Assembly (NCBI RefSeq): GCF_947568905.1
Contig: NC_079167.1
Location: forward strand, 80,662,001-80,726,000
Reading direction: 5' to 3'
Length of the DNA: 64,000 nucleotides
From: Ostrea edulis
Lineage: Eukaryota
In this document: positions 12,861 to 22,989 of the stretch, piece by piece
Layout: each line of letters begins with the position of its first letter
Position numbering within the stretch: the first letter of the stretch is position 1
Notes under the pieces: model-generated
Database searches by the model: none
What the model saw: the letters and a program-made list of their open reading frames with translations, nothing else
Told to the model about the DNA's origin: nothing
Position numbers and translations under genes: made by a program

Positions 12861-13253
12861 CCTGTATTCATATGGGTACTTGTTAATTTTGCGTATTCAT
12901 ACGGGTACTCGTTAATTTCCTGTATTCATACGAGTACTCGTTAATTTCACGTATTCATACAGGTACTCGTTAATTTCCTGTATTCATACGAGTACTCATT
13001 AATTTCCTGTATTCATACGAGTACTCGTTAATTTCGCGCATTCATACGAGTACTCGTTAATTTCCATTCACTAAATGCGTGTATTCATACGAGTACTCGT
13101 TAATTTCGCGTATTCATACGAGTACTCGTTAATTTCCTGTATTCATACGAGTACTCGTTTATTTCCTGTATTCATACGAGTACTCGTTAATTTCCTGTAT
13201 TCATATGAGTACTCGTTAATTTCCTGTATTCATACGAGTACTCGTTAATTTCC
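12861..13253. repeat. 29-bp minisatellite (~13 copies) inside the 3'-UTR intron of GADD45-A
   Basis: Unit GTATTCATACGAGTACTCGTTAATTTCCT, containing the 10-bp palindrome CGAGTACTCG. Confidence 0.95.
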
Positions 13254-13304
13254 ATTCACTTACTTTCATGTTGCATGTCCGTTGGGTTGCGGTCATCAGG
13301 GAAA

Positions 13305-14844
13305 TCAGGCCGGAATCTGGATGATCAGATTGTGAGGGTGCTTACGACATCCATTCAAGAACTTCCTCTCCAACTGAGACCTCCCCTCTTTTGCAACCTG
13401 CCAATTATAAATTGTAACCTTATTTTCCATATTTTCTTTCAAAGTCTCACTTTTTATTTTTATCATCATTAGGCCTACAGTCAATGGCTATTAATGAACT
13501 TAAAACCTTGTATTTTGGCATTTGATGTAAAATTCAAACTTCTCTCTATACTTTGTTGCATTGCATCACTCAATCATTGCATCACTTAATCATCACTCAA
13601 TCATTGCATCATGTGTTTGTGACAAGGACATACCTGAACAATCACACAACTAAGATCGCTGTCATCTTTGTGTTTCTTTTGAGAGTTCACCGGGATCAAT
13701 AACAGCTGTTTCAACTTGTTCTCACTATCGACCTACAAAGATTTACATATAAGTACATAAGTATCAAAATATAATATGCTGTCAAAACTCAGATATGATT
13801 CTTACTAATGAAATAATATAACTTGTATTACTTTCTATTTTTAAATAGATGCATTGGCAGCACCCCTGTTTAAGATATATACTCCCCCGCTGTACCTTAA
13901 CAAGTGGAATCCTGTGTTCCCGGCAGTGTGCCTCAATCAACACATGCTTCATGTGAACCAAATCATCAGTCCCATTCTCCACCGGCATAACACACAGCAA
14001 TACCCCCTCTGGTGCCCTGAAAGTAGTCCACAGACAGTCAGTCATTTAGCACACAATACTACATCAAACAAAGCAAAATCCATCATATTCCACAAGTCCT
14101 CTTTAAAACTTTCACACACACACACCTCCTCCCGAACCCAAGGGAAGCAAGCATTCATCACACATATATTATATTGTACAGAGTAGCATACCCTCAATAA
14201 AGTTGAACTTCTCAAACATCAATATCTCGAATACCATGGATATGTCGAGGTCCCAACTACCATTTTCTTTATGTACTTTCACCTCAATATCTCGAACCTT
14301 TGGATATCTTGGCTCCATTGAGTTCGAAATAACGAGGTTGTACTGTATCTTTGCATTCTTATTATGGATTGGTCTGAAAAGTCCTCTCTCCCTCGTCATC
14401 TCAACCCAAAACCATCTACTCTCTTGAGGTTCTCTTCATTCACCATGCACGGTATCTGGCATTCCATTCACACCGTATTGTGGGACACTTAATTCTCTCT
14501 GAAGCCTCACAAACAGATATAGATCTGTCATACTTACATCTGTAGCTCCCTAGCACTCGTTTGCAGCCCTGCTGTCACCCTTCCTTTGTCGGCTGCCTGT
14601 AGCATCATATCTTTAAAAGTCTTGTCCATATCAATACTACAAATAACAAAAGGAAGTCTCTGATTTTGGCTCAAACATCATTAAGCATTTAAGGAATTCC
14701 ATTTTCAATTTCAGTATATGCCTGAAAATTATGTTTTCCTGGTTGGGATTTTTTTTTATTTTTTTTTTTTTTTTATTGCAATTTATTTAAGCTTGTGTAT
14801 TTATAAATAAATTTTCTTGATTCTTCTTGGCCAATGATCCGATT

Positions 14845-14881
<37 letters not shown>

Positions 14882-15157
14882 TTCACTAGCCTCGTGATCT
14901 CAGGCAGACAGTCAGTCTACCCCCACCCCAACATATCCCCCCCTCCCCCAACCACCATTTTTTTAAATCCAAAAATACAGAATTTACTAGATGCGTTCCA
15001 GCCTTCCAATGATTAAGACAATATGCATGACATGCATCCTACCCTCTTCTACAACAGGTAGAAAAATCAAGCCGGTAACTAACTTTGAGTGAGATCGATT
15101 TTCAATATCAAAAGTTTACCTTTTGTCTTCAGTTGTGTGGTTTTCAGCAAGAGTCAT
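13305..15157 (-). CDS. GADD45: GADD45-family protein, paralogue A, 149 aa; exons 15120..15157, 14538..14636, 13896..14016, 13634..13732, 13305..13397
   Basis: GT-AG introns with the same phases as paralogue B; 450 nt in frame: MTLAENHTTEDKSIDMDKTFKDMMLQAADKGRVTAGLQTSARELQMAPEGVLLCVMPVENGTDDLVHMKHVLIEAHCREHRIPLVKVDSENKLKQLLLIPVNSQKKHKDDSDLSCVIVQVAKEGRSQLERKFLNGCRKHPHNLIIQIPA*. Confidence 0.88.
14179..14345. mobile_element. Tc1/mariner-type (Tigger/pogo-like) MITE in intron 2 of GADD45-A
   Basis: TA|CAG...CTG|TA ends; right end TTCGAAATAACGAGGTTGTACTG; internal sequence homologous to 44152-44299. Confidence 0.7.
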
Positions 15158-15397
15158 AATATCCGACGTAATGGCAAACTTTTTGCAGGGATTTTTTGGT
15201 AAATGTCCACAAGACCGGCCGGTAGGCATTAGGCGTATACTTCCTCACAGCAACGTGTGTCTTATGTCAGCAAATTCCTTCTTGGTGCACCTTCGCCTTA
15301 AGGGGGAGGAGTTAACACGTTTCTTTGCTGTTTGATTAGACGATCAGTAAGTTTAAAGGTCAAATGTGTCATGATCCTGACGACCGATGATGTCATG

Positions 15398-15425
15398 GTA
15401 AACACGTGTAAACAAATTACACGTG
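15398..15425 (-). promoter_or_regulatory. Cluster of two Forkhead/FoxO-type sites and two E-boxes upstream of GADD45-A
   Basis: GTAAACA (15398-15404), GTAAACAA (15408-15415), CACGTG (15403-15408, 15420-15425), ~250 bp 5' of the ATG. Motif match only. Confidence 0.4.
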
Positions 15426-15846
15426 TATTCGCTGTTTAATTACACGGATCGGTATCGATTGTCGTTATGCACCCCAAATCATTCATGAAAATCAATCTTA
15501 TTTTACATACCCCGGCTGCAATATTGCACCATCACCGGAAGTTACTTCGATTGGAACCTTCTGGCCTGGGAATTCCCGAAAGGTGTATTTCGTCATGTCC
15601 CACATTCATGAAGTTCACGGGGATTGGCAAAGTACGGGGACACCATGCATAAATTTTTTTTTTAGGCACACTGGATTAATTAAAGTTAATGACAATTATA
15701 TACACTTCGGCAATCACTGAAAACTGAATATTACTGACTGCACACTTGATCAAACGATGAATAAAAAGTAATATAAGCAACTCCAGTGGCGGATCTAGAG
15801 GGGGTACGGGGGTTGCAAACACCCCCCCCCCCCCACTTGGATTCGC

Positions 15847-15848
<2 letters not shown>

Positions 15849-15920
<72 letters not shown>
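15849..15920. repeat. (AG)n microsatellite
   Basis: ~36 perfect AG units. Confidence 0.98.
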
Positions 15921-15925
<5 letters not shown>

Positions 15926-15975
15926 AGAGTTATTAAAATCCTAGGCGATAGAAATTGTTTATACAATTTCCCAAC

Positions 15976-16062
15976 GGCACTTGTTTCTGTAAATGACTTA
16001 TGATCTCTGTATACTAATAATTACTATACAGAGGTCATAAGTCATTTACAGAAACAAGTGCC
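15976..16062. repeat. 87-bp hairpin MITE; partial second copy at ~59100-59163
   Basis: GGCACTTGTTTCTGTAAATGACTTATGA(T)CTCTGTATA / TATACAGAGGTCATAAGTCATTTACAGAAACAAGTGCC, one mismatch. Confidence 0.85.
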
Positions 16063-16149
16063 TGAAAATTGTGCGTCAACATTTCTATCAGGTGATGATA
16101 ATTCAAATTATCTTTTATATAGTTTGTATCTGTAATATTTCATTTTAAG

Positions 16150-17175
16150 AAAAAATGTAAGGAATTGTTCTGCCATCATTATTTGAAAGAATGGGGATAT
16201 GTCAGAAGTTTACAATATGGAAAACTTGAAACTTATGTTAAATCTAAAGCTAATTTTGTTTTTGAAAACTACTTAACACTCTTACCACCTGCACAACGCA
16301 AAGCACTTGCAAGATTACGTACATCAGCGCACAATTTACCAGTAGAACGAGGTCGTTATTCAGGAATCCCTAGACATGTAAGATTTTGTACAAAGTGTTC
16401 TTCTTGTAAAATTGGTGATGAAATTCATCTAATTTTTTAATGTTCAACTTATAACTCACTCAGACAGAACATGTATAAAATTATAAAACAACAATGTGAA
16501 CAGTTTTCCAGTCTTGACAACATGAATAGATTAATATGGTTACTCATTTGTGAAAATACTGATGTACTTGTAGCCCTTTGCGATTTGATTAAAGAAGCAA
16601 TATAAAATGAAGCATGTGAAAGTTCAAACCAATATGTTTATACATAATTATGCACTCCTTGTAAACATGACATGTTGACTTAGTACCAATGCACCGTCCC
16701 GTGGTATTACTAGTATTACTGTATATTATGTGTGAACCATATGAAACCATATTTGCACATATGCACTCATTATAAACATGACATGTTGACCTAGTACCAA
16801 TGCACCGTCCCGTGGTATCTTTTGCATTACAGTGGAGTTAATCATATGTACTTATACTACCTTTACTATTATTACATGTAGAGTTGTTATGTACATGTAT
16901 ATATTTTTCATTTTATTTTTTCTGTGTGTATTTCTGACTGTTTTGCATTAGGATACATGGTGGCACTTACATGTAATACAAATAAGTATTATCATGCTCA
17001 AAATGTCTCATGTATGAACATTGCTTATACTAATTGTGCATATTTTGCTCTTGTTTTGTTCTTTTCTTTTTATCATCATTTTTTAAATAATCATAGCACA
17101 TTGAAATGTTACCAATCATGTACATGCTGTATGCCCGAGAGGGCCCTAATTTGGAAATAAATCATATTCTATTCA
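16150..17175 (+). mobile_element. 3' fragment of a CR1/L2-group non-LTR retrotransposon (pseudogenised ORF2 C-terminus plus 3' UTR)
   Basis: RKALARLRTSAHNLPVERGRYSGIPRHVRFCTKCSSCKIGDEIHLIF*C (CCHC-type C-terminal domain); 3' UTR with an internal ~125-bp duplication and AATAAA near 17156. Confidence 0.78.
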
Positions 17176-17811
17176 TTTTAAAACAGGATTCGTTTTAAAA
17201 TCAAGAGTGCCAGATCTACGTTTGATAATTATACAATAACATTGATCCAAATTTGAATTTAGAAATACAAATAGATAGCATCCCTGGTTGTCGTTTAACT
17301 ACGGTATAACAACTCTCTTTTCAGTGGCGGATTTATAAGGGGGCGCAGCCCCCCCCCCCCCCCCCCCCCTCTAAAATTTTCAAATTTAAGGTAATTCGTG
17401 GTATCTTGTTTAGACAATTGTACTAAACGATAAAAGAAGCAATAATTTCTTCCACTCCCGGAGAAATGAATGACAAAATATTTTTGATTTCTTGAATTAC
17501 TTCATTGAGAGAACTTAAATTTTTCAAAAACCCTTAAAATTTGCGTCATTTTACTAATTTCACTTTATTAAGAATGATAGAAAATAGTAAAAATGACTTA
17601 AATAGGAGACATATTTTAAGCCCTATAAAATCTGTAAAATCCAGGGGCCAGTTTCACAAAACTAACTTACGACTAAGATCTAACTTAAGACATAAATTTT
17701 TCCTAAGTTAATTCCTTATCCGTTTCACAAAAAGTGTCGTATCTTAGGATTTTCATAAGTTCTTTCGTAACTTTACGAAAGGTAAGTAGGTGTCTTAAGT
17801 TCAAACTAAAT

Positions 17812-18180
17812 ATGGCGGCGGCCTTTATTTTGCTGTGTCGTCGTCAACTTAGACGAGAAAGGCAGTTCAGAGATGGAAACAATCCTTTAGATTATATGAA
17901 CGACATGGAGATTGTTTTAAAATTTAAACTACCACTTCATTTGATCATCGACTTATGCCAAATGATGAAAAACGATTTAAAAAAGACCCACTTGTAGGTC
18001 CCAATCATTGGCAACATCGTTACAAGTCATGGCTGCCCTCAGGTTTTATGCCATGGGGAATTTCCATTTGGTGACTGCTGATCTTCACGGCATCAGTAAG
18101 TCCAACGTTTCCAGAATAGTTAGAAACGTTTCTTCTTTACTTTCAAACATGATCCCTAACTGCATCAAGATGCCAGAAGG
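17812..18180 (+). pseudogene. Harbinger (HARBI1-like) transposase N-terminal remnant
   Basis: MAAAFILL..RRERQFRDGNNPLD..(stop) SLQVMAALRFYAMGNFHLVTADLHGISKSNVSRIVRNVS; the DDE core is missing. Confidence 0.8.
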
Positions 18181-18859
18181 AGATGCAGAGGGCTTAGTGG
18201 AACTTGAAGGTTCCTTATCGAGAGTATCAACCCCACCCGAAATCCCAGAAACGCACGTGTTTCCAATTATAGCTTGTCCTCTATTGGAGTGATTTCTACT
18301 TCTCTGGGCAGGGGGTCATCGCCAGTTTTTCGTTGTTCTCGTCTATTCAACGCTATATTCCTTTTCGTATCGCTCGTTAATCAGCTCCATGTATAATATA
18401 CACTTCTGTGAATGCAATCCTTTTGCATACAAGACAACCAAACACAACTTTGGTGTAAGCCAGGCAAGCTTGTCGGGCAGCCGACGTTTAATAACTTTAC
18501 AACAAATTTACTACATACATGTTAACTGACGTGAACAAGTTTTATGCAAGTACTGAATCAAATAACAAAATGTCAAGAAACCCCCATCATTGACGTTAAA
18601 AACCGTCCAGGAAAAACCATAGATAAAATATTTGAAAAAAAAACTATGGAAACCTGTGTCCGAAAGCAAGTGTTAAGTAACGTCGTAAGGGTGAATATCG
18701 GACCTTATCCATAATTAAATATAATAATAAAAAATTGTGCGACGTGCACTTCGTGAGACTGGCTTAGAATGACCTTACTCATGATATCGACACTTTATAT
18801 AGGCCTTCCTATGGCCACGCCTTGAATTACTACGCATAGGCATTCGAACACGTTCCTAT

Positions 18860-19109
18860 CATACAACATTTTCCCGCTATTCTTCGAAACGCGGGAAAAC
18901 TACATTCTTTTTTGTCTCATCAACTGTCTTTTCGTGGGAGGTATTAATTGCGTTTACCTTTGCTGTAATTTCTTCCCATTGTATTTGTTTAGCTGAATTT
19001 GTAACGCTGGAGTTCTGTTTGGAAATAACACTTCTTTTCTTTTTTCTACCTCCTCAGTTAAATCTATTTCTGCCGTTGAGATATTAGGATTTCTTTTTGA
19101 CTGCGTCAT
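18860..19109 (-). pseudogene. Myb/SANT-like DNA-binding protein remnant (Harbinger second gene)
   Basis: MTQSKRNPNISTAEIDL-TEEVEKKK..SVTNSAKQIQWEEITAKVNAINTSHEKTVDETKK; a further piece GNTCVSGISGGVDTLD near 18210-18280. Confidence 0.7.
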
Positions 19110-19796
19110 GTTTACATTTCGAGCACGGCATGGGTTGTGTGGCTCGATTTATTCGTTGAATTGGATAGTGAGTTGAACAATAAAATCATTGAAACATGAG
19201 AGACCGTCAGTTATTGGAAATGTGTTGAATTTCTATTAAGGTTTTCTATCAATTATCTTTTTCAATGATTAATTTACACAAGCCGTTCATTCACTACCGG
19301 TATTTAAACTGTAAATGCAAAATCTGAAAACACTGATTTAAGATATATCTTAGGAAAAGAGATTTCTTATGAACGTTTCGTGAAACAGTTGTGGATATTC
19401 TTAGGAAATTCGTAAGTTAGAACTTAAGAATATCTTACGACATATCTTAAGATATATCTTAGGAAAGTTTTATGAAACTGGGCCCAGGAACTTCCAGGGG
19501 CTTACCCCCCCCCCCCCCCACCACCACCACCACCAGGGCTTCGCCCTAGACCCACTGGGGGCCTCAGGCCGGCCCCAAACCTGCCTCATAAAGTGGTGCC
19601 CCCCGTAACAGCAATTCCTGCATCCGTCCATGCATTTCCTCTTCGACCCCCCCCCCTTTGAAAAATTTCTAGATCCGCCCCTGAACCCTGTCAATGCAGT
19701 CCATGCTACAAGGTTATGTGAATTTTTACTTGAATGTTTTGAATTGCGCAATAAAAATAGAGTGCTATAATTATATTACTAATGCCACATGCAATA

Positions 19797-19894
19797 CATC
19801 ATCAAAAACCCACGGTTGGTTGCGCTTCGTTCTTCTCTCCATTTTGTGATGGAGAGACGAACGAAGCGTAATCAACCGTGGGTTTCTGACGATG
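19797..19894. repeat. ~98-bp imperfect palindrome (hairpin MITE-like)
   Basis: AAACCCACGGTTGGTTGCGCTTCGTTC..CTCTCCAT / ATGGAGAG..GAACGAAGCGTAATCAACCGTGGGTTT. Confidence 0.85.
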
Positions 19895-19989
19895 CATGCT
19901 ATACTAAATTTGCATACATATGTCACATGTTCATTAAAAATATATATACACGTTTATGAATTGTTAGAACTTAGTTTATTATATATTTC

Positions 19990-20809
19990 ACTTTGACAAA
20001 TTAAAAAGTGTGTTAAGTTACTGGTACAGACTTGAAAATCTTGGTCAGTCGTTTCCACTATTGTTTGATGCATATCGAGAATCAAAATTACTTTTTGAAC
20101 AAAACAATTCATCATGGTTTGGTTCTATAAACTGTTTCATAACCAATATTAATGGGGTTAAAGATTTGCCCTTTAAAGGAGCATACCAGTTTTAAAAGGC
20201 TCTTGGCCTTCACACCTTACATTAAATTCAGATTTAAAAAAAAAACGAAGTTGCTTTTCTACTTTTAAACAAAATTTTGGTTTTGAAAATTATTTGAGAT
20301 CAATTAAAAATTTTGAGCAAAGGAGAAGTCTAACACGTTTCCGTATATCAGCTCATAGACTAAACATTGAAAGGGGACGTTACCAGAAAATCCCTCGACA
20401 CGACGAAAAACATTTTTTATTCTCATGTAGTCATTTATCAGAAGAAAGGGTTATTTTATTCCAAATGATAGACAAATCATGTAAGAATTTTGTAAAGATG
20501 GACAGTGATCAAAAGCTTATCTGGCTAATGACCAATGAAGATGAAAATATCCTCATCCAAATTAGTAAGATGATTTTAAACAGTGGGATATAATACTACA
20601 AATGTTACATTTCATTGCATTATGCACATTTTCTTTCTTCATCGTATTTTACACTTGTAGGCTGTCTTGGCTACTGGGAGTCTGGTACAACAATTTATTA
20701 CCAGACTGTTAACAGGCACTGTCCCTTGGTGCTCCCTGTAAACAGGTCAACATATTGTGTTTTGTTTGTGTGTTTGTTTTTTTATTCTCTCATATAACGC
20801 TATTATTCT
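19990..20809 (+). repeat. Left copy of an 820-bp direct repeat (itself an old LINE 3' remnant)
   Basis: Matches 22990-23808 except at three sites; encodes decayed RRSLTRFRISAHRLNIERGRYQKIPRH..EKHFLFSCS. Confidence 0.95.
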
Positions 20810-22989
20810 TAAAACTACGAAAAGCACCTGGAGATGACTTGTTGACAAATGAACACATAATACATGGTGGTAAACTACTTATCTCCTGTCTTCTAAAGTT
20901 ATTTAACGCAATTGTAAATTGTGGTCATGTCTCCGTCTACTGGAAACGCGGTCTGATAGTTCCGTTATATAAGGGTGGCAATAAACCTAAAGATTCCTGT
21001 AACAGTTACAGACCTGTAGCCTTATTGCCTTGCTTTTTTAAGCTTTTTGAAAAAGTTATCTACAATCGTATTACTAAGTATGTTTTACACAAGAAAGATT
21101 TTCCCAACACTCAACAGCAAGGGTTCCAGAAAGAATTAGGTTGTCTGACTGCATCGTTCAATTTACATGAAACAATTTTTCATAATTTGGAACACGGTAG
21201 TAATGTTTACGTGGGGTTTCTTGATATTAGCAAAGCGTTTGACACGGTATGGAGGCCTGGTCTTATGTTTAAAATATACGAACTTGGCATCAGGGGTAAA
21301 TTATGGTCACTTATTAACCAATGTCACCAAAATACAGTGAGTTCAATTATTGTAAACCAAACCCAATCAGATTGGTTTCCTCTTAACCAAGGTGTTAGAC
21401 AGGGCGGTATGCTTTCTACCTTTTTGTACCTTGTTTTTATTAATGATCTTATTCATGAATTACAGTCGGGTAGTCTAAATACTGGCGTACTAGATATCCC
21501 TAGCAGCTGCCCCTCTTTAGCTGACGACTTGTCATTAATTGGCATATCACCACTATCGCTCCAAACAATGTTGGATATCGCTTACAACTACTCCAGTAAA
21601 TGGCGATTTACATTCAATGCGTCCAAATCCTGCGTCTTGCAATTTCGAGCTAAAGGAACAAAGTTAGGCAAATTATCGTGGCACTTAGGTCCTTCCAAAG
21701 TAACATGCGAACAGTCCTATAACCATCTAGGAATTGTTATTAACCACAAAAGCAAACTCTCGGACAGAATACAGGAATCTTGCAACAAAGGGCGTAAATC
21801 TTACTTCGCACTATCCGATCTTGGTACACAGTTTCTTAGCCCAATGACAATGTCTCATTTGTACAAATCGATCGTACTACCATCAGTGCTTTATGGATGT
21901 GAACTCTGGAGCAACATGTCATCTGTTGATAAAGTTCGACTTAACACATTCCAACACTTTATTTGCAAAAACTCCCTTCATTTACCAAAGTTATGCAGGT
22001 CAGATATGTGCGAATCACTTTTCAATGTTGTACCCATATGTGCTGAAATTGACGTGCGGAAACTTTTATTCTTTGGAAGATTATGTCGTCTGAATCCAAA
22101 AACATTAACGAAGTCAATATTTCTCGCAAGACTATTTTCCTATCTGTACAGTCTCTCCGATGTTCATTCTGGTTTTATTCCCGATATTGTGAAGACTCTT
22201 CAATCATATGATCTTGTTTCCCATTTATGGAAATTTCTGGAGGATGGATCCTTCCCTTCGAAGCTGAACTGGAAGAATATGGTACGTGGTAGAGTCATGA
22301 CCTCGCATCTATCTCAGCGTCAAATACGAATGTTGCACGACCGTGAATTTCTTTCCTTTATACAAATTTTCTCGGACTCAAAACCGTCGTCTATCTGGTT
22401 TTTAGCAAAAAACTACAAGGAAATTGAACTCTGCAAATTCATATGCAAACTGTGCACCAATTCGTGCTCAATGGACCAATTCCAAAATTGCTCTCTTTGT
22501 GGAAGGTCTTTCTCTAATGTGTTTCAACATTCCTCTTGCGCATGTCCTGCAACTGCAATTATTAGGAACAATTGGTGGAACATGATCACAAACTTTTTTG
22601 ACATACGCCTATGTGCAGAATTATGCGGATTGACAGAAAATGAAATGTTTCTTGTTCTTCTGGGGCGGTATACAATACACGAAACCAATAATCAAACCTT
22701 CCGCATACTGAACTTCAATTTTGTTCGAAGCGCAGCTGCGCATTACCAGAGAGCTCTGGCTCAGTTACAGGTATCGCCTCCCTAGCTGTCAGACACCATG
22801 CCGTTATCTGCCCCCTATCCATCACATACTTTAAGGGTAGTGTATATATGTTTATTCTTCTATATTCTTTTTGTTTGTATATATATATATATATGTCTGT
22901 TCAAAATGTAATATTCATATATATGTAATTGTATATTAACTTAATATTGCAATATCTCCACATGGAGGAAATAAAGAATGAATGAATGA
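20810..22989 (+). mobile_element. Young 5'-truncated CR1/L2-group LINE with (GAAT)n tail
   Basis: Uninterrupted RT ORF, 3' UTR ending GAGGAAATAAAGAATGAATGAATGA; endonuclease domain absent. Confidence 0.9.
20812..22785 (+). CDS. LINE ORF2 fragment: reverse transcriptase plus C-terminal CCHC domain (no own start codon)
   Basis: KAPGDD, PLYKG..YRPVALL, QQGF, FLDISKAFDTV, GVRQGGMLSTFLY, LADD, CSLC..HSSCAC. The ORF-track start at 20755 lies in the flanking repeat. Confidence 0.9.
   Translation, partial: KLRKAPGDDLLTNEHIIHGGKLLISCLLKLFNAIVNCGHVSVYWKRGLIVPLYKGGNKPKDSCNSYRPVALLPCFFKLFEKVIYNRITKYVLHKKDFPNTQQQGFQKELGCLTASFNLHETIFHNLEHGSNVYVGFLDISKAFDTVWRPGLMFKIYELGIRGKLWSLINQCHQNTVSSIIVNQTQSDWFPLNQGVRQGGMLSTFLYLVFINDLIHELQSGSLNTGVLDIPSSCPSLADDLSLIGISPLSLQTMLDIAYNYSSKWRFTFNASKSCVLQFRAKGTKLGKLSWHLGPSKVTCEQSYNHLGIVINHKSKLSDRIQESCNKGRKSYFALSDLGTQFLSPMTMSHLYKSIVLPSVLYGCELWSNMSSVDKVRLNTFQHFICKNSLHLPKLCRSDMCESLFNVVPICAEIDVRKLLFFGRLCRLNPKTLTKSIFLARLFSYLYSLSDVHSGFIPDIVKTLQSYDLVSHLWKFLEDGSFPSKLNWKNMVRGRVMTSHLSQRQIRMLHDREFLSFIQIFSDSKPSSIWFLAKNYKEIELCKFICKLCTNSCSMDQFQNCSLCGRSFSNVFQHSSCACPATAIIRNNWWNMITNFFDIRLCAELCGLTENEMFLVLLGRYTIHETNNQTFRILNFNFVRSAAAHYQRALAQLQVSPP

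Larger units (their letters stand above)
17645..19484. mobile_element. Internally deleted PIF/Harbinger transposon
   Basis: TIRs GG(G/C)CCAGTTTCA(C/T)AAAAC, CAG TSD (17642-17644, 19485-19487), subterminal CTTAAGA/CTTACGA repeats, remnants of both Harbinger genes in convergent orientation. Confidence 0.85.
17322..19683. mobile_element. CAGTGGCGGA-terminated non-autonomous DNA element(s) hosting the Harbinger insertion
   Basis: CAGTGGCGGATT at 17322 and TCTAGATCCGCCCCTG at 19683. No TSD found, so it may be two merged elements. Confidence 0.5.

Noticed and set aside
6502-15157. One GADD45 gene with two alternative 5' halves sharing exons 4-5
   Set aside because: Gene A has its own exon 4 (13634-13732), exon 5 (13305-13397), 3'-UTR intron and AATAAA, so two genes is the simpler model.
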